A stretch of 64,000 nt of DNA from a candidate division WWE3 bacterium. GTDB taxonomy: Bacteria > Patescibacteriota > WWE3 > 2-01-FULL-39-13. A program made the translations under genes and the position numbers. Under the pieces are notes generated by a model. That model was not told the origin of the DNA and did not search any database. It saw only the letters and a list, made by a program, of their open reading frames with translations. The DNA lies in contig JALWZX010000011.1 of assembly GCA_027002375.1 (NCBI GenBank), positions 18,317 through 82,316 on the forward strand, in the 5' to 3' direction. Positions 29,827 through 38,870 of this stretch are shown piece by piece (position 1 is the first letter of the stretch; each line of letters opens with the position of its first letter).

Positions 29827-30915
29827 ATGGCATACAAAACAGTTCCTACCCCAAAGATTAAAACATTTAGTAAGTTAACATTAACTTTAGTACTTTCTAT
29901 TACTATACTTTTGGCGTTAAGTTCCCATTCATTAGCACAAGAAGACACCAACACTCAAGAGCACAAACCAACGCCAGAGCTTATAAACGAAAAGCCATCT
30001 ACCAAAAATGACACAAACACTAACCAAAATAACAATCAAAAAACAGATACTCCTACGGAAGATACGGTCACAGACTCTACCACCATAGCCGTATCGCCAC
30101 CAACATTCGAGTTGGTAACAAACCCAGGCACACAAATCAAAAACACAATAAAAGTTAGTAACCCATCAGACAAGCCTATACATGTAACAACAGACATCAG
30201 AAACTTTGTGGCAGTCGGTGAAGAAGGCGCGGTAAACTTGACAGATGAAGACACAACTTATTCCCTAGCAAAATGGATAACAATAGCACCAACAAATGCA
30301 ACAATAAAACCAAAATCAACAGAAATTTTCACGTTCATAATCAACCCCCCTACGAATGCAGAACCAGGTGGCCATTTTGGCTCAATAGTATTTAGAACTG
30401 GGGGAAATCAAATCAATGAAACTGGTGCCTCAGTTGCACAAGAAGTTGCATCATTAATATTACTAAAGATAGCAGGACCTACTACAGAAAAAGCAACTCT
30501 AGAAGAATTCAAAACAACAGACTCAGTATACCAATCGATACCAATAACCTTTGAATATAAGGTAAGAAACGAAGGTAACGTTCACATTAAACCAACAGGA
30601 AAAATAACCATAACTAACATATTTGGCAAAGAAGTTGATTCATTTGCAGTTCCACCAAAAAATGTATTACCAAGTGCAACTAGAAAAACAGACGTAAATT
30701 ACGATAAAAAAGATTTGTTTGGTAAATACAATGCTACACTGGTATTAACCTATGGTGCAAACAATGAAACATTAGTTTCAAACACAATCTTTACAGTAAT
30801 TCCTGTTAAAAAGGTTGCTGTAGCACTTATAATAACTGCAATAGTCTTGTTCTTACTACTAAAAGGCCGTAAAAGAATATCGATGTCTCTAAAAGTACTA
30901 TTTGGAAAACAATAG
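29827..30915 (+). CDS. DUF916/WxL-interacting-protein-like secreted protein with C-terminal TM anchor
   Basis: Signal peptide (SLA-Q), IAVSPPTFEL, SLAKWITI, PTNAEPGGHFGSIVF, NEGNVHIKPTGKI, NVLP, GKYNATL..YG, C-terminal TM and basic tail. Confidence 0.85.
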   Translation: MAYKTVPTPKIKTFSKLTLTLVLSITILLALSSHSLAQEDTNTQEHKPTPELINEKPSTKNDTNTNQNNNQKTDTPTEDTVTDSTTIAVSPPTFELVTNPGTQIKNTIKVSNPSDKPIHVTTDIRNFVAVGEEGAVNLTDEDTTYSLAKWITIAPTNATIKPKSTEIFTFIINPPTNAEPGGHFGSIVFRTGGNQINETGASVAQEVASLILLKIAGPTTEKATLEEFKTTDSVYQSIPITFEYKVRNEGNVHIKPTGKITITNIFGKEVDSFAVPPKNVLPSATRKTDVNYDKKDLFGKYNATLVLTYGANNETLVSNTIFTVIPVKKVAVALIITAIVLFLLLKGRKRISMSLKVLFGKQ

Positions 30916-32239
30916 TGAAATGACCCATAAAGAACTCTATGAAATTCGCCGGGTTAAGGCCTGTGGCTTCTCATCGCTAATTATTATGTTGACCAACTCT
31001 ATCCAAGCACTAAAGTACGTGGTTTTAAGTTTGTCGATAATAAACACATTTTTATTATCTGTATTATTCACTACATCATTTTTGCTAACTTTATTTAGCA
31101 CTTTAATCACGATTTCTCCCACATCTATACACGCCCAAACACCAATAACAGTTTCATTAGACATATCAGACACAATATTAAGAATTCAAGGCTATGCGAG
31201 TCCGTATGCAAACATAACATTTATAGAAAATGAAGCAGTTATAGGCACTACTCAGGCAAATGTTTATGGGGAATTCAACAAAAATATTACATACGAAAGT
31301 GAAGGTATACACACTGTTTCATTTTATTCTACAGATCAAAACTCAAGCACATCGAGTACAATTACAATAACAGTTGCTGTATACACGCATGCCGTTACAA
31401 CCATTGAAGACATATTAATTCCACCAACGATAGATATAGATAACCCTATTCATACAACTAATTCAGAAGAAATTATCACTTTTAGTGGTCAAGCGACACC
31501 AAATACAACAATAACATTAATATCTGGGGGGCTATCGAAACAAACACAAACTCTAGTAACAGGCAACTGGAAAATTACATTTACAGGTGATCAGTTCACA
31601 ATCGGAACTCACACAGCAATTACCAAAACACAAAAGTTAAATGGCACATTAAGCGAAAATTCAAAAACTATTACTTTCAAGATTAACGAATACATCCCAC
31701 CTGAACCTGAACCAACACCTATACCTACCCCAGAAGAAACTACAGAAACATCAAAAAGCAAAAGTGATGAGACTAAGGGAAATGACGACGAAGACAAAAA
31801 AGAAGACAATACTGAGAACAAAGATACAAATATAGTTAGCAAAATCATAACTAAGATAAATGAAATAATTAACGGTAATGGCAATTCTGAGATTGAATAT
31901 TCATGCAATCTACACCCTTACTTAAAAAACTTTGACTATAATGGAAATTGTTTCATACCACATCGAACAGAAGAATTCGTAAACACTGTAACATACTGGA
32001 CTAAAAACTGGCGTGAAACAACAACCGCCATAAAGGGCTTCTTCGCAAACATTAATGCAGGTGAAAATTTAGACAACCTATCACCAAACGAAAAGCAAAA
32101 ATTAGAAAAAGAGATTAAACGATGTGACCTTGACAACGACAATTTATGCACACTTAAAGACTTTTCGATACTATTATATTATACTAATAACATCGAAGTT
32201 ACAGTTCAAACTGACAAAAGTCAGGATATAAGAAATTAG
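30902..32239 (+). CDS. secreted Ig-like-domain protein with Pro linker and C-terminal dockerin-like domain
   Basis: IQGYASP and FSGQATP Ig-like starts, PPEPEPTPIPTP linker, two EF-hand-like loops DYNGNC and CDLDNDNLCTLKDFSILLYY. Confidence 0.75.
   Translation: MENNSEMTHKELYEIRRVKACGFSSLIIMLTNSIQALKYVVLSLSIINTFLLSVLFTTSFLLTLFSTLITISPTSIHAQTPITVSLDISDTILRIQGYASPYANITFIENEAVIGTTQANVYGEFNKNITYESEGIHTVSFYSTDQNSSTSSTITITVAVYTHAVTTIEDILIPPTIDIDNPIHTTNSEEIITFSGQATPNTTITLISGGLSKQTQTLVTGNWKITFTGDQFTIGTHTAITKTQKLNGTLSENSKTITFKINEYIPPEPEPTPIPTPEETTETSKSKSDETKGNDDEDKKEDNTENKDTNIVSKIITKINEIINGNGNSEIEYSCNLHPYLKNFDYNGNCFIPHRTEEFVNTVTYWTKNWRETTTAIKGFFANINAGENLDNLSPNEKQKLEKEIKRCDLDNDNLCTLKDFSILLYYTNNIEVTVQTDKSQDIRN
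30941..31043 (+). repeat. repeat family A copy inside the 5' end of CDS 30902-32239
   Basis: gggttaaggcctgtggcttctcatcgctaattattatgttgaccaactctatccaagcactaaagtacgtggttttaagtttgtcgataataa aligns with 44431-44533. Confidence 0.85.
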
Positions 32240-32245
32240 TGGAAC

Positions 32246-32360
32246 ACCGACAGCTTATGCAGTCGGCATTTTGCGTTTATCTCGCCAAAGCTGGTTAGGC
32301 TACGCAAAACAATCTCATCTGATTGTTTACACAATCATGTTGAAGTTATGAATAGTAAAA
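32246..32360. repeat. repeat family B copy filling the dockerin-cohesin intergenic gap
   Basis: accgacagcttatgcagtcggcattttgc...ggctacgc..aaacaa...catctgattg...caatca...agttatgaatagtaaaa aligns with 60633-60744. Confidence 0.85.
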
Positions 32361-32364
32361 TATA

Positions 32365-33504
32365 ATGAAAATACATGGTTTATCTTTAGCATTAAAAATA
32401 GCAATAATACTGATCGGCTCATGGCTCTTAATACATGGTTTAGCTTCTTTGGGAACCTTTTTAGCGCTAGCCTACCCAATCTGGTGGATACTAGCTCCAA
32501 AAAAAACGTATTGCATAGCATGTCGTGCGCAAAAAGAATCTGGCTACTGTAGCTTTTGCGAAGAACCAATAAAACCACGCCAACTATATCCAAAGAACTT
32601 AAGATCTGCCATATTGAATGCAATAACGATACTATTTCTTTCTTTATTTTCTATATTTGTCGTTTATATAGAATCACAAATAATTCAAAAAGTAATAAAT
32701 ATTAACACAGAAAAAACTGTAACATTCTCAATTAATGACAAAGGCCAATATAAAATGGGTGAGATATTTTCTATGGATATAGAGATAAGCGGTGTTCAAA
32801 AACCAGTAAACGCAATACGTGCAGACGTACAATTTGATCCAAAAAGACTAGAAGTAGTAAACATATCAACAGAAAATTCGTTCGCAGATATATTCATACA
32901 AAAAGAATATGACAATGAAAAAGGGTTCGCACGGTTAACTGGTGGTCTACCTAACCCAGGCTACAATGGCAACAAAGGTCTATTCGGTACTATCTACTTT
33001 AAATCTAAAAAAGCGGGTTTAACAGAGGTAAAATTTTTACCGACATCATTAGTCCTAGCAAACGATGGTCATGGTACAAACATATTAAAAGCACCGGAAT
33101 CAGCATTGTTTTTAATACTGCCCGAAACGATTTCCGCATACGAATCAAAGAAACAAGAAGTTATATTAAAACCATTAGTATTGGGAACTCAAACCGATAA
33201 GACAAAAGATCAACTACATCTTTACGATACTAAAACACACGATATCTCATCATCAGTCTTGGGAATGCAAGTAGAGCAACTAGACGAAAACGCTAAAAAC
33301 ACAGATCAAACCTCAGGCACACAAAATCAACAGGCAAATCAAAGTGAAAAGAATACCTATAAAAAAACTACGCGAACAAAGACAAAACAATTAGCACAGG
33401 TCACGCAAGACAATCAAACAGAAGAACAAAATATATTACAAAAAATACTAACCTACCTACATAAAATCGATATTTTTATATTAAGTATCTGGCAAATATT
33501 TTAG
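32365..33504 (+). CDS. membrane-anchored cohesin-domain protein with CxxC-CxxC loop
   Basis: Three hydrophobic segments around CIAC...CSFC, then cohesin-type motifs GEIFSMDI, VNAIRADVQFDPKRLEV, GTIYFKSKKAG, VLANDGHGTNIL. Confidence 0.8.
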   Translation: MKIHGLSLALKIAIILIGSWLLIHGLASLGTFLALAYPIWWILAPKKTYCIACRAQKESGYCSFCEEPIKPRQLYPKNLRSAILNAITILFLSLFSIFVVYIESQIIQKVININTEKTVTFSINDKGQYKMGEIFSMDIEISGVQKPVNAIRADVQFDPKRLEVVNISTENSFADIFIQKEYDNEKGFARLTGGLPNPGYNGNKGLFGTIYFKSKKAGLTEVKFLPTSLVLANDGHGTNILKAPESALFLILPETISAYESKKQEVILKPLVLGTQTDKTKDQLHLYDTKTHDISSSVLGMQVEQLDENAKNTDQTSGTQNQQANQSEKNTYKKTTRTKTKQLAQVTQDNQTEEQNILQKILTYLHKIDIFILSIWQIF

Positions 33505-33592
33505 GCAGTTTGCGCTGTATTAAATGTGTACGCAAAATCTACAGCACTAGCGCCTTCTCTATTCTCACAACATGCTCTCTACCTTAAAGATA

Positions 33593-33673
33593 AAACTCCA
33601 CTGGATAATGCCCGCGGTTTCGCATCGCTAATTATTATATTGGCTAACTCCAACCACGCGCTAGTTTGGGAAA
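33593..33673 (+). repeat. repeat family A copy between convergent genes
   Basis: gcccgcggtttcgcatcgctaattattatattggctaactccaaccacgcgctagtttgg. Confidence 0.75.
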
Positions 33674-33674
33674 C

Positions 33675-36600
33675 TCAGAAAATTTTTGTATCCTTCTCAT
33701 CTTTATATATCACATAATACAAAACTGGTATAAAAAGAAGCATAACAGTACCTGAAAATAGCAGTCCAGAAATAATAGCTCCACCTAAACCTCTCCAAAC
33801 TGGGTCAGAAATAGTTATGGGAATCAACCCCATTAATGTAGTTAATGAGCTTAATGCAATTGGCTCTAGCCTGCTTGCCGATGCATCAGAAATTGCTTCT
33901 TTTAGTTTCATGCCAGCAAACTCATTTTGCTTAATTTTCTCTACCAACATTATAGAATTGTTAACAACAATTCCAAACAAAGCCAATAAACCAATCAACG
34001 CAGGAAACGACAAAGGCGTGCCAGTTAAAGCAAATATAACAAACACTCCTGAGATCGCCAAGGGTATTACCATAAAAACAATAAAAGATTTTCTAAATGA
34101 TCCTAATTGAATAACCATTGTAATTATTATCAAGATCGCAGATATTATCATTGCTTCTATTATAGATTTAACAGACTTCTTATTCTCTTCATTTGCTCCA
34201 CCTGTTTTCCAAGTGTAGCCTTTTTCTAGTCCTAGTTCGGTAGAAGCATATTTTTCTACTTGTTTATTCAATGTAGGTGCAGAATACCCATCTGCCACAG
34301 AAGCTGTAACATACACTACCCTTTCGCCGTCTTCATGTGTTATATCAAATGGGTTTTCTTTTAACGTAATAACACCGAGAGATGATATTGGCATATATCC
34401 GCTTTTGGTTGGAATATAAATTCTATCTATATCTTCTGGTGTTTGAACATCAGTAGACGTTTTTAACACTATATCTTCATCATCAATGTAAACTGTATCA
34501 ATTGTTCCTAAATTAAAACCACTTGCAAAAGTTCTCAACCAAAACCCTACTTCTTTATTTGTTAATCCTAATTCACGCAATTTAGCTTCATTTGGCACGA
34601 AAGTTATCTTTCCTAAAGACGATTTGGCAGATTTTTCGGCATCATAAACACCTTGCATCATATTCATATAATTGACCAACTTATCAGCATAGCTATTAAC
34701 CTTATCTAAATCATCACCCAAAACCCTAATCTCTAAATCTGCGCCAACAGGTGGTCCACCAGAAATTTCTTTAACAGCAATATCACCAGCCGAAAAATCT
34801 GCCAACTTACCACGAAACGTTTCTGCTATCTCAAATGATGTTTCACCTCTCATATCACTATCTACGAGTTTCACAGAAATCAAAGCCTCATTAGATGACC
34901 CACCCCCGACAGACAGCATCGACTCAGCAAAAACCTTACCTACTTCAACAACCATATATTTTCCAACCTTTTTATACTCGGGCATACTCCTTAATTCGTT
35001 AGCCACTTTAAATGCACTTTCTCTAGTAATATCTAACTTTGTTCCAGATGGCATGGTTAATTGCACATATACAACGTCTTCATCTTTTTTGGGAAATAAT
35101 TCGTTCTCAACAAATCCCATCGGCACGAGTAAATACGAAAACAACGAGAACCCTAACACAACAACTAGCACCGTAACCCACGACTTTTTATTATTTAATA
35201 TCTTTTCAATAAACACTTTGTAATATTGGGAAATACCACCCAAATCTATAAACCCAACGGATATTTTATGTGAAATCCAACCAAGATATTTGTTCTTTTC
35301 AAGTCTATTAGTAAAATTTCGTAAAACAGTCACTATATCGCTACTACCATAGTCGTTTGAATTTGCATTAATATTTTTATCATCTTTAGAGTTGGCTTTT
35401 GAATTCATGTCAGAACTGCCTGAATCACCAGAGTTAACCCTTGAATTCTCCCTGTTAAAATTCGTGTCTTTCTTGATAAACAACCTAAACACAGCAACAA
35501 GCAAAATGTAAACCAAAAGAACAAATGGCAACATAATGCTTTTACCGACGAAAATACCAAGTAGAATTCCAATAAATAAAATAATCGAACTGTAAGCAAA
35601 CAACTTAACCCTGTCAGGCAATCGTGGCTTTAGAAAAATAATCATCAATGGTAGCGTAACAAGCACTGCAACGCTTGTTGATGCTAATAAAGTAGTAGAC
35701 ACGACAATGGGAATCGATTTTATAAATGACCCAATTACTCCTGTTGACAACAGCAAAGGTAAAAATGCCCACACAGTAGTTAATGTAGTTGTCCAAATTG
35801 GAACTATAAAATCACGCCAAACCAATGCACCTGTTTGCCTTTCATCAAACTTTCCTGTTCTGTGGTACCTTGTCATCGCAGAAACAATAACAATCGCATC
35901 GTCAACAACCAAACCAAGAGCCAACAACAACGAAAACATCGTCAAAAAGTTTAATGACAACCCAGCAAATTTCATAACAGCAAAAGCAATCAAGAATGTT
36001 AACGGAATACTAAATGAAGCTACACTGGCCTGTCGAATTCCCAGAAATACAACTAAAACAATAAATACTAATAAGAGAGTCATAATAAAATTACTGGACA
36101 ATGTGTCGAATTGATCTGCTATTAAATTCGCCGAATTATCAATGTCTGCAACTGTAAAACTACCATCGTATTCTGCTAGAGTAGAGTCGACAACCTCTTT
36201 AATATCATAATAAGTATCTTCAACCGGCTGATTTATTCTTTTATAAACACTAAAACTAACGGCACGACTAGCCTCGCCATTTTCTCCTATAACATATGTC
36301 GCCGTAATTTGATCTTTTGGCGCTTCAACAACATCTGCCACATCAGACAGAACAACTTGCGCAGGCGTACTAGGCATTGGCGATTCAGCAACTTCAATAG
36401 AATTAGCCGGGTCAACAACTCTTTGTGTAGCTCCTAAATCTAAAACCATATTTCTAATGTCATCGACACTAACAATGGTAGAATCTAGTGTTACCGAAAA
36501 GGAATTTCTACCAGTCTCTACACTACCAGCTGGATAACTTTTTAATTGGGAATCAATCAAAGATGCAAGTTGAGCCGGGTTCAAATTGTATTGTTGCAAT

Positions 36601-37229
36601 TTCTCTAAATCTACAACAATCTGAACCTCTAAAACTTCTTCACCATTAAGCTCCACCCTATCAACTTTTGGTAAATTCTCAATTTCATCAGACAAATTAC
36701 TAACCAATGTCATAAGAGACGCATCATCTTTATCAGTCAAAAGCGCAAATGTCCAAATAGGCACATCTTCAAAATCAATCCGCATGACCTTTGAATCTAA
36801 AGCGTCATCAGGCAGGTTATTAACAGAATCAACCGCTTGCTGAACATCTGTAACGGCTTTATCAGGGTCAAACTTAGATTCAAACTGTACTTTTATAATA
36901 GATAAATTTTCTTTTGATGTGGAACTCACACTTTCGATTCCATCTATAGACAGAATTTCTTTTTCAAGCGAGTTTGTAAGAAGAGTTTCAACATCTTCAG
37001 GGCCAGCACCAGGTAAAACTGTTGTAACAATAACAATAGGAATCTTAATTTCAGGCATAAAACGCCTAGAAAGTTCTTTATAGCTATAAATTCCCAATAT
37101 TAAGATACTTAAAATAAGCAAAATTACAAATCTAATATTCGTTATATATTTATAGAAAAACTTCTTTTCTAGTCCTGAATCATATCTTAATTGTTGTAAA
37201 TATTTAGAATCACTATCATTTCTTTTCAT
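33675..37229 (-). CDS. RND efflux permease (AcrB/AcrD/AcrF family)
   Basis: PGAGPEDVE, SIPLT, LGLVVDDAIV, TTLTTVWAFLP, IGLLALFGIVVNNSI, SRLEPIALSSLTT, LLFIPVLY. Confidence 0.93.
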   Translation of the reverse strand: MKRNDSDSKYLQQLRYDSGLEKKFFYKYITNIRFVILLILSILILGIYSYKELSRRFMPEIKIPIVIVTTVLPGAGPEDVETLLTNSLEKEILSIDGIESVSSTSKENLSIIKVQFESKFDPDKAVTDVQQAVDSVNNLPDDALDSKVMRIDFEDVPIWTFALLTDKDDASLMTLVSNLSDEIENLPKVDRVELNGEEVLEVQIVVDLEKLQQYNLNPAQLASLIDSQLKSYPAGSVETGRNSFSVTLDSTIVSVDDIRNMVLDLGATQRVVDPANSIEVAESPMPSTPAQVVLSDVADVVEAPKDQITATYVIGENGEASRAVSFSVYKRINQPVEDTYYDIKEVVDSTLAEYDGSFTVADIDNSANLIADQFDTLSSNFIMTLLLVFIVLVVFLGIRQASVASFSIPLTFLIAFAVMKFAGLSLNFLTMFSLLLALGLVVDDAIVIVSAMTRYHRTGKFDERQTGALVWRDFIVPIWTTTLTTVWAFLPLLLSTGVIGSFIKSIPIVVSTTLLASTSVAVLVTLPLMIIFLKPRLPDRVKLFAYSSIILFIGILLGIFVGKSIMLPFVLLVYILLVAVFRLFIKKDTNFNRENSRVNSGDSGSSDMNSKANSKDDKNINANSNDYGSSDIVTVLRNFTNRLEKNKYLGWISHKISVGFIDLGGISQYYKVFIEKILNNKKSWVTVLVVVLGFSLFSYLLVPMGFVENELFPKKDEDVVYVQLTMPSGTKLDITRESAFKVANELRSMPEYKKVGKYMVVEVGKVFAESMLSVGGGSSNEALISVKLVDSDMRGETSFEIAETFRGKLADFSAGDIAVKEISGGPPVGADLEIRVLGDDLDKVNSYADKLVNYMNMMQGVYDAEKSAKSSLGKITFVPNEAKLRELGLTNKEVGFWLRTFASGFNLGTIDTVYIDDEDIVLKTSTDVQTPEDIDRIYIPTKSGYMPISSLGVITLKENPFDITHEDGERVVYVTASVADGYSAPTLNKQVEKYASTELGLEKGYTWKTGGANEENKKSVKSIIEAMIISAILIIITMVIQLGSFRKSFIVFMVIPLAISGVFVIFALTGTPLSFPALIGLLALFGIVVNNSIMLVEKIKQNEFAGMKLKEAISDASASRLEPIALSSLTTLMGLIPITISDPVWRGLGGAIISGLLFSGTVMLLFIPVLYYVIYKDEKDTKIF

Positions 37230-37306
37230 TTTAAAATTGAAAGAGAGTTAAACTAACTATATTGCTTGAATTACAGGCATAGAGAATTTCATGCGTCGAA
37301 AAAGCC

Positions 37307-38710
37307 TCACTTCACACATATTCCTACGCCATCTTCGCTAACAACTTTATCACCTTCTACAACATTTCTGTTCATAATCACAGATTCATCATTAGCCAAC
37401 CCACTATAAATATAAGCAAACTCCCCATAAAGCGGGCCAAGTTCAATCTTTTTACTCTTTGCAATACAATCATCACCAATAAGTAGAACATATGCTCCAT
37501 CTTGTGTGTTATGAATAGCATCAATAGGAATATAAACACCTTCTGAATTCCCCGTATCATTTGCATAACCTAGAGGCACCTTAACCATAACAAATTCTTT
37601 GTTGCCCAAGATCGCATTATATTGCTCTGGTATATCATACAAAATTGAATAAAGAGTTCCACGTGTAGCCTCATTAGAAACAAAACTAGGCAGAACTTCA
37701 AAACTGTCATTATCTAAACTAATAATACTTGGCGATGTGGCAGAAACATTTTTTGCAGTGTTTTTTGAAACATAAGCAGTTGCTGTAATATCAGATGAAT
37801 CACCTAGTATTGTAGCAATTGGCGTTCCTGGGGAAACAAGTTGACCCTTTTTTATGAAAACTTGTTGAACAACACCAGTAAAAGGTGAAGCTGGATACAA
37901 AAGTGATTCTTGAATTTTAGCTAAATCGAGCTGTAATTTTAAAATTTCATGGTTTAAATCTAACGCCTTTTCTTGTACGTTAATTTGTTCAATTGTAGCG
38001 TCTTTTTGTAGCTCAGAAAGTTTGCTTGGTGGGTTATTTTTATCAGTTTGGTACTCTAATTGTCGCAAACCAGATTTCGCATTTTCAAGAGAAGCCTTAA
38101 ATTGTGCCCGTGACATTTGCATAGTTAAATCACCAGTTGCATCTATGATTTGATCCAACTGCGCTAAGATTTCCTCATTATAACTTATTAAATCTTTAGT
38201 GCCCTCTATCGATTTTTTATTAATCTCAGCTAATTCATCGGAGTTCTCGTCAGCTAAATTTGCAATATCTTTTTGTTTTTTCAGCAAATCTTTTTGGTCA
38301 TTATATGTTGCCTCAAAATTCTCGTACTGTTTTTGGGCAAGCTGTCTAGAAACAGTTTGCGCACTTGCACCTTGATAATTAGAAGACAAGCCTGCGAGCC
38401 AATTACCACGCTTGACAGCTTGCCCCTCATTCACGTAAATCTTCTGCACTACACCACCAGTTTGTGCTACGACAGTAACAACTCCGGCTTTATCAATTTG
38501 TGCTTGCACTTTTATATATGGAAATTTGCCGACTTTATACAGTTCAACCGATTTACTAATAGATTCACTGGTATTTATATGTTTTGTTTGGTTCTCGTGT
38601 TTAATTTGTCTAGAAACAACTAATAAACCCAACAAGACGGTTAAGAGAATAAAAAAAGAAACTATTGTATAGTTACCTATAAAATTTGTAAATCGCTTAA
38701 GAACATTCAT
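37307..38710 (-). CDS. RND periplasmic adaptor (membrane fusion protein)
   Basis: TM, lipoyl halves AQTGGVVQKIYVNEGQAVKRG and SPFTGVVQQV...GQLVSPGTPI, coiled coil, IPIDAI, SGLANDESVI; the ORF-track extension to 38830 lies in a repeat A copy. Confidence 0.88.
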   Translation of the reverse strand: MNVLKRFTNFIGNYTIVSFFILLTVLLGLLVVSRQIKHENQTKHINTSESISKSVELYKVGKFPYIKVQAQIDKAGVVTVVAQTGGVVQKIYVNEGQAVKRGNWLAGLSSNYQGASAQTVSRQLAQKQYENFEATYNDQKDLLKKQKDIANLADENSDELAEINKKSIEGTKDLISYNEEILAQLDQIIDATGDLTMQMSRAQFKASLENAKSGLRQLEYQTDKNNPPSKLSELQKDATIEQINVQEKALDLNHEILKLQLDLAKIQESLLYPASPFTGVVQQVFIKKGQLVSPGTPIATILGDSSDITATAYVSKNTAKNVSATSPSIISLDNDSFEVLPSFVSNEATRGTLYSILYDIPEQYNAILGNKEFVMVKVPLGYANDTGNSEGVYIPIDAIHNTQDGAYVLLIGDDCIAKSKKIELGPLYGEFAYIYSGLANDESVIMNRNVVEGDKVVSEDGVGICVK

Positions 38711-38776
38711 ATCTAATGAAATATAGCGTAATCGGATAACAATAGCAATATTACTTAAATCATAATCATACAAATT

Positions 38777-38870
38777 AAACTCCTCGAGCTGAAACCCGTT
38801 AGTTTTATCGCTAATTATGGCTAACTCCATTTACGCATTAAAGTGCGGGTTATGAGATTGGCGACAATAA
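38777..38870 (+). repeat. repeat family A copy overlapping the 3' end of the HelD-like gene
   Basis: gagctgaaacccgttagttttatcgctaattatggctaactccatttacgcattaaagtgcg...gattggcgacaataa. Confidence 0.75.

Noticed and set aside
30902-33504. A true cellulosome
   Set aside because: Only one cohesin and one dockerin, and the dockerin is on an Ig-like protein; the glycosidases in the window carry no dockerin
33526-33717. 63-aa ORF containing the repeat A peptide (ARGFASLIIILANS)
   Set aside because: GTG start with no expression signal and overlap with the RND gene end; it only shows that this frame of the repeat tends to stay open
38711-38830. 40-aa N-terminal extension of the efflux adaptor
   Set aside because: Starts within an antisense repeat A copy; ATG 38710 gives a normal N-terminus before the TM
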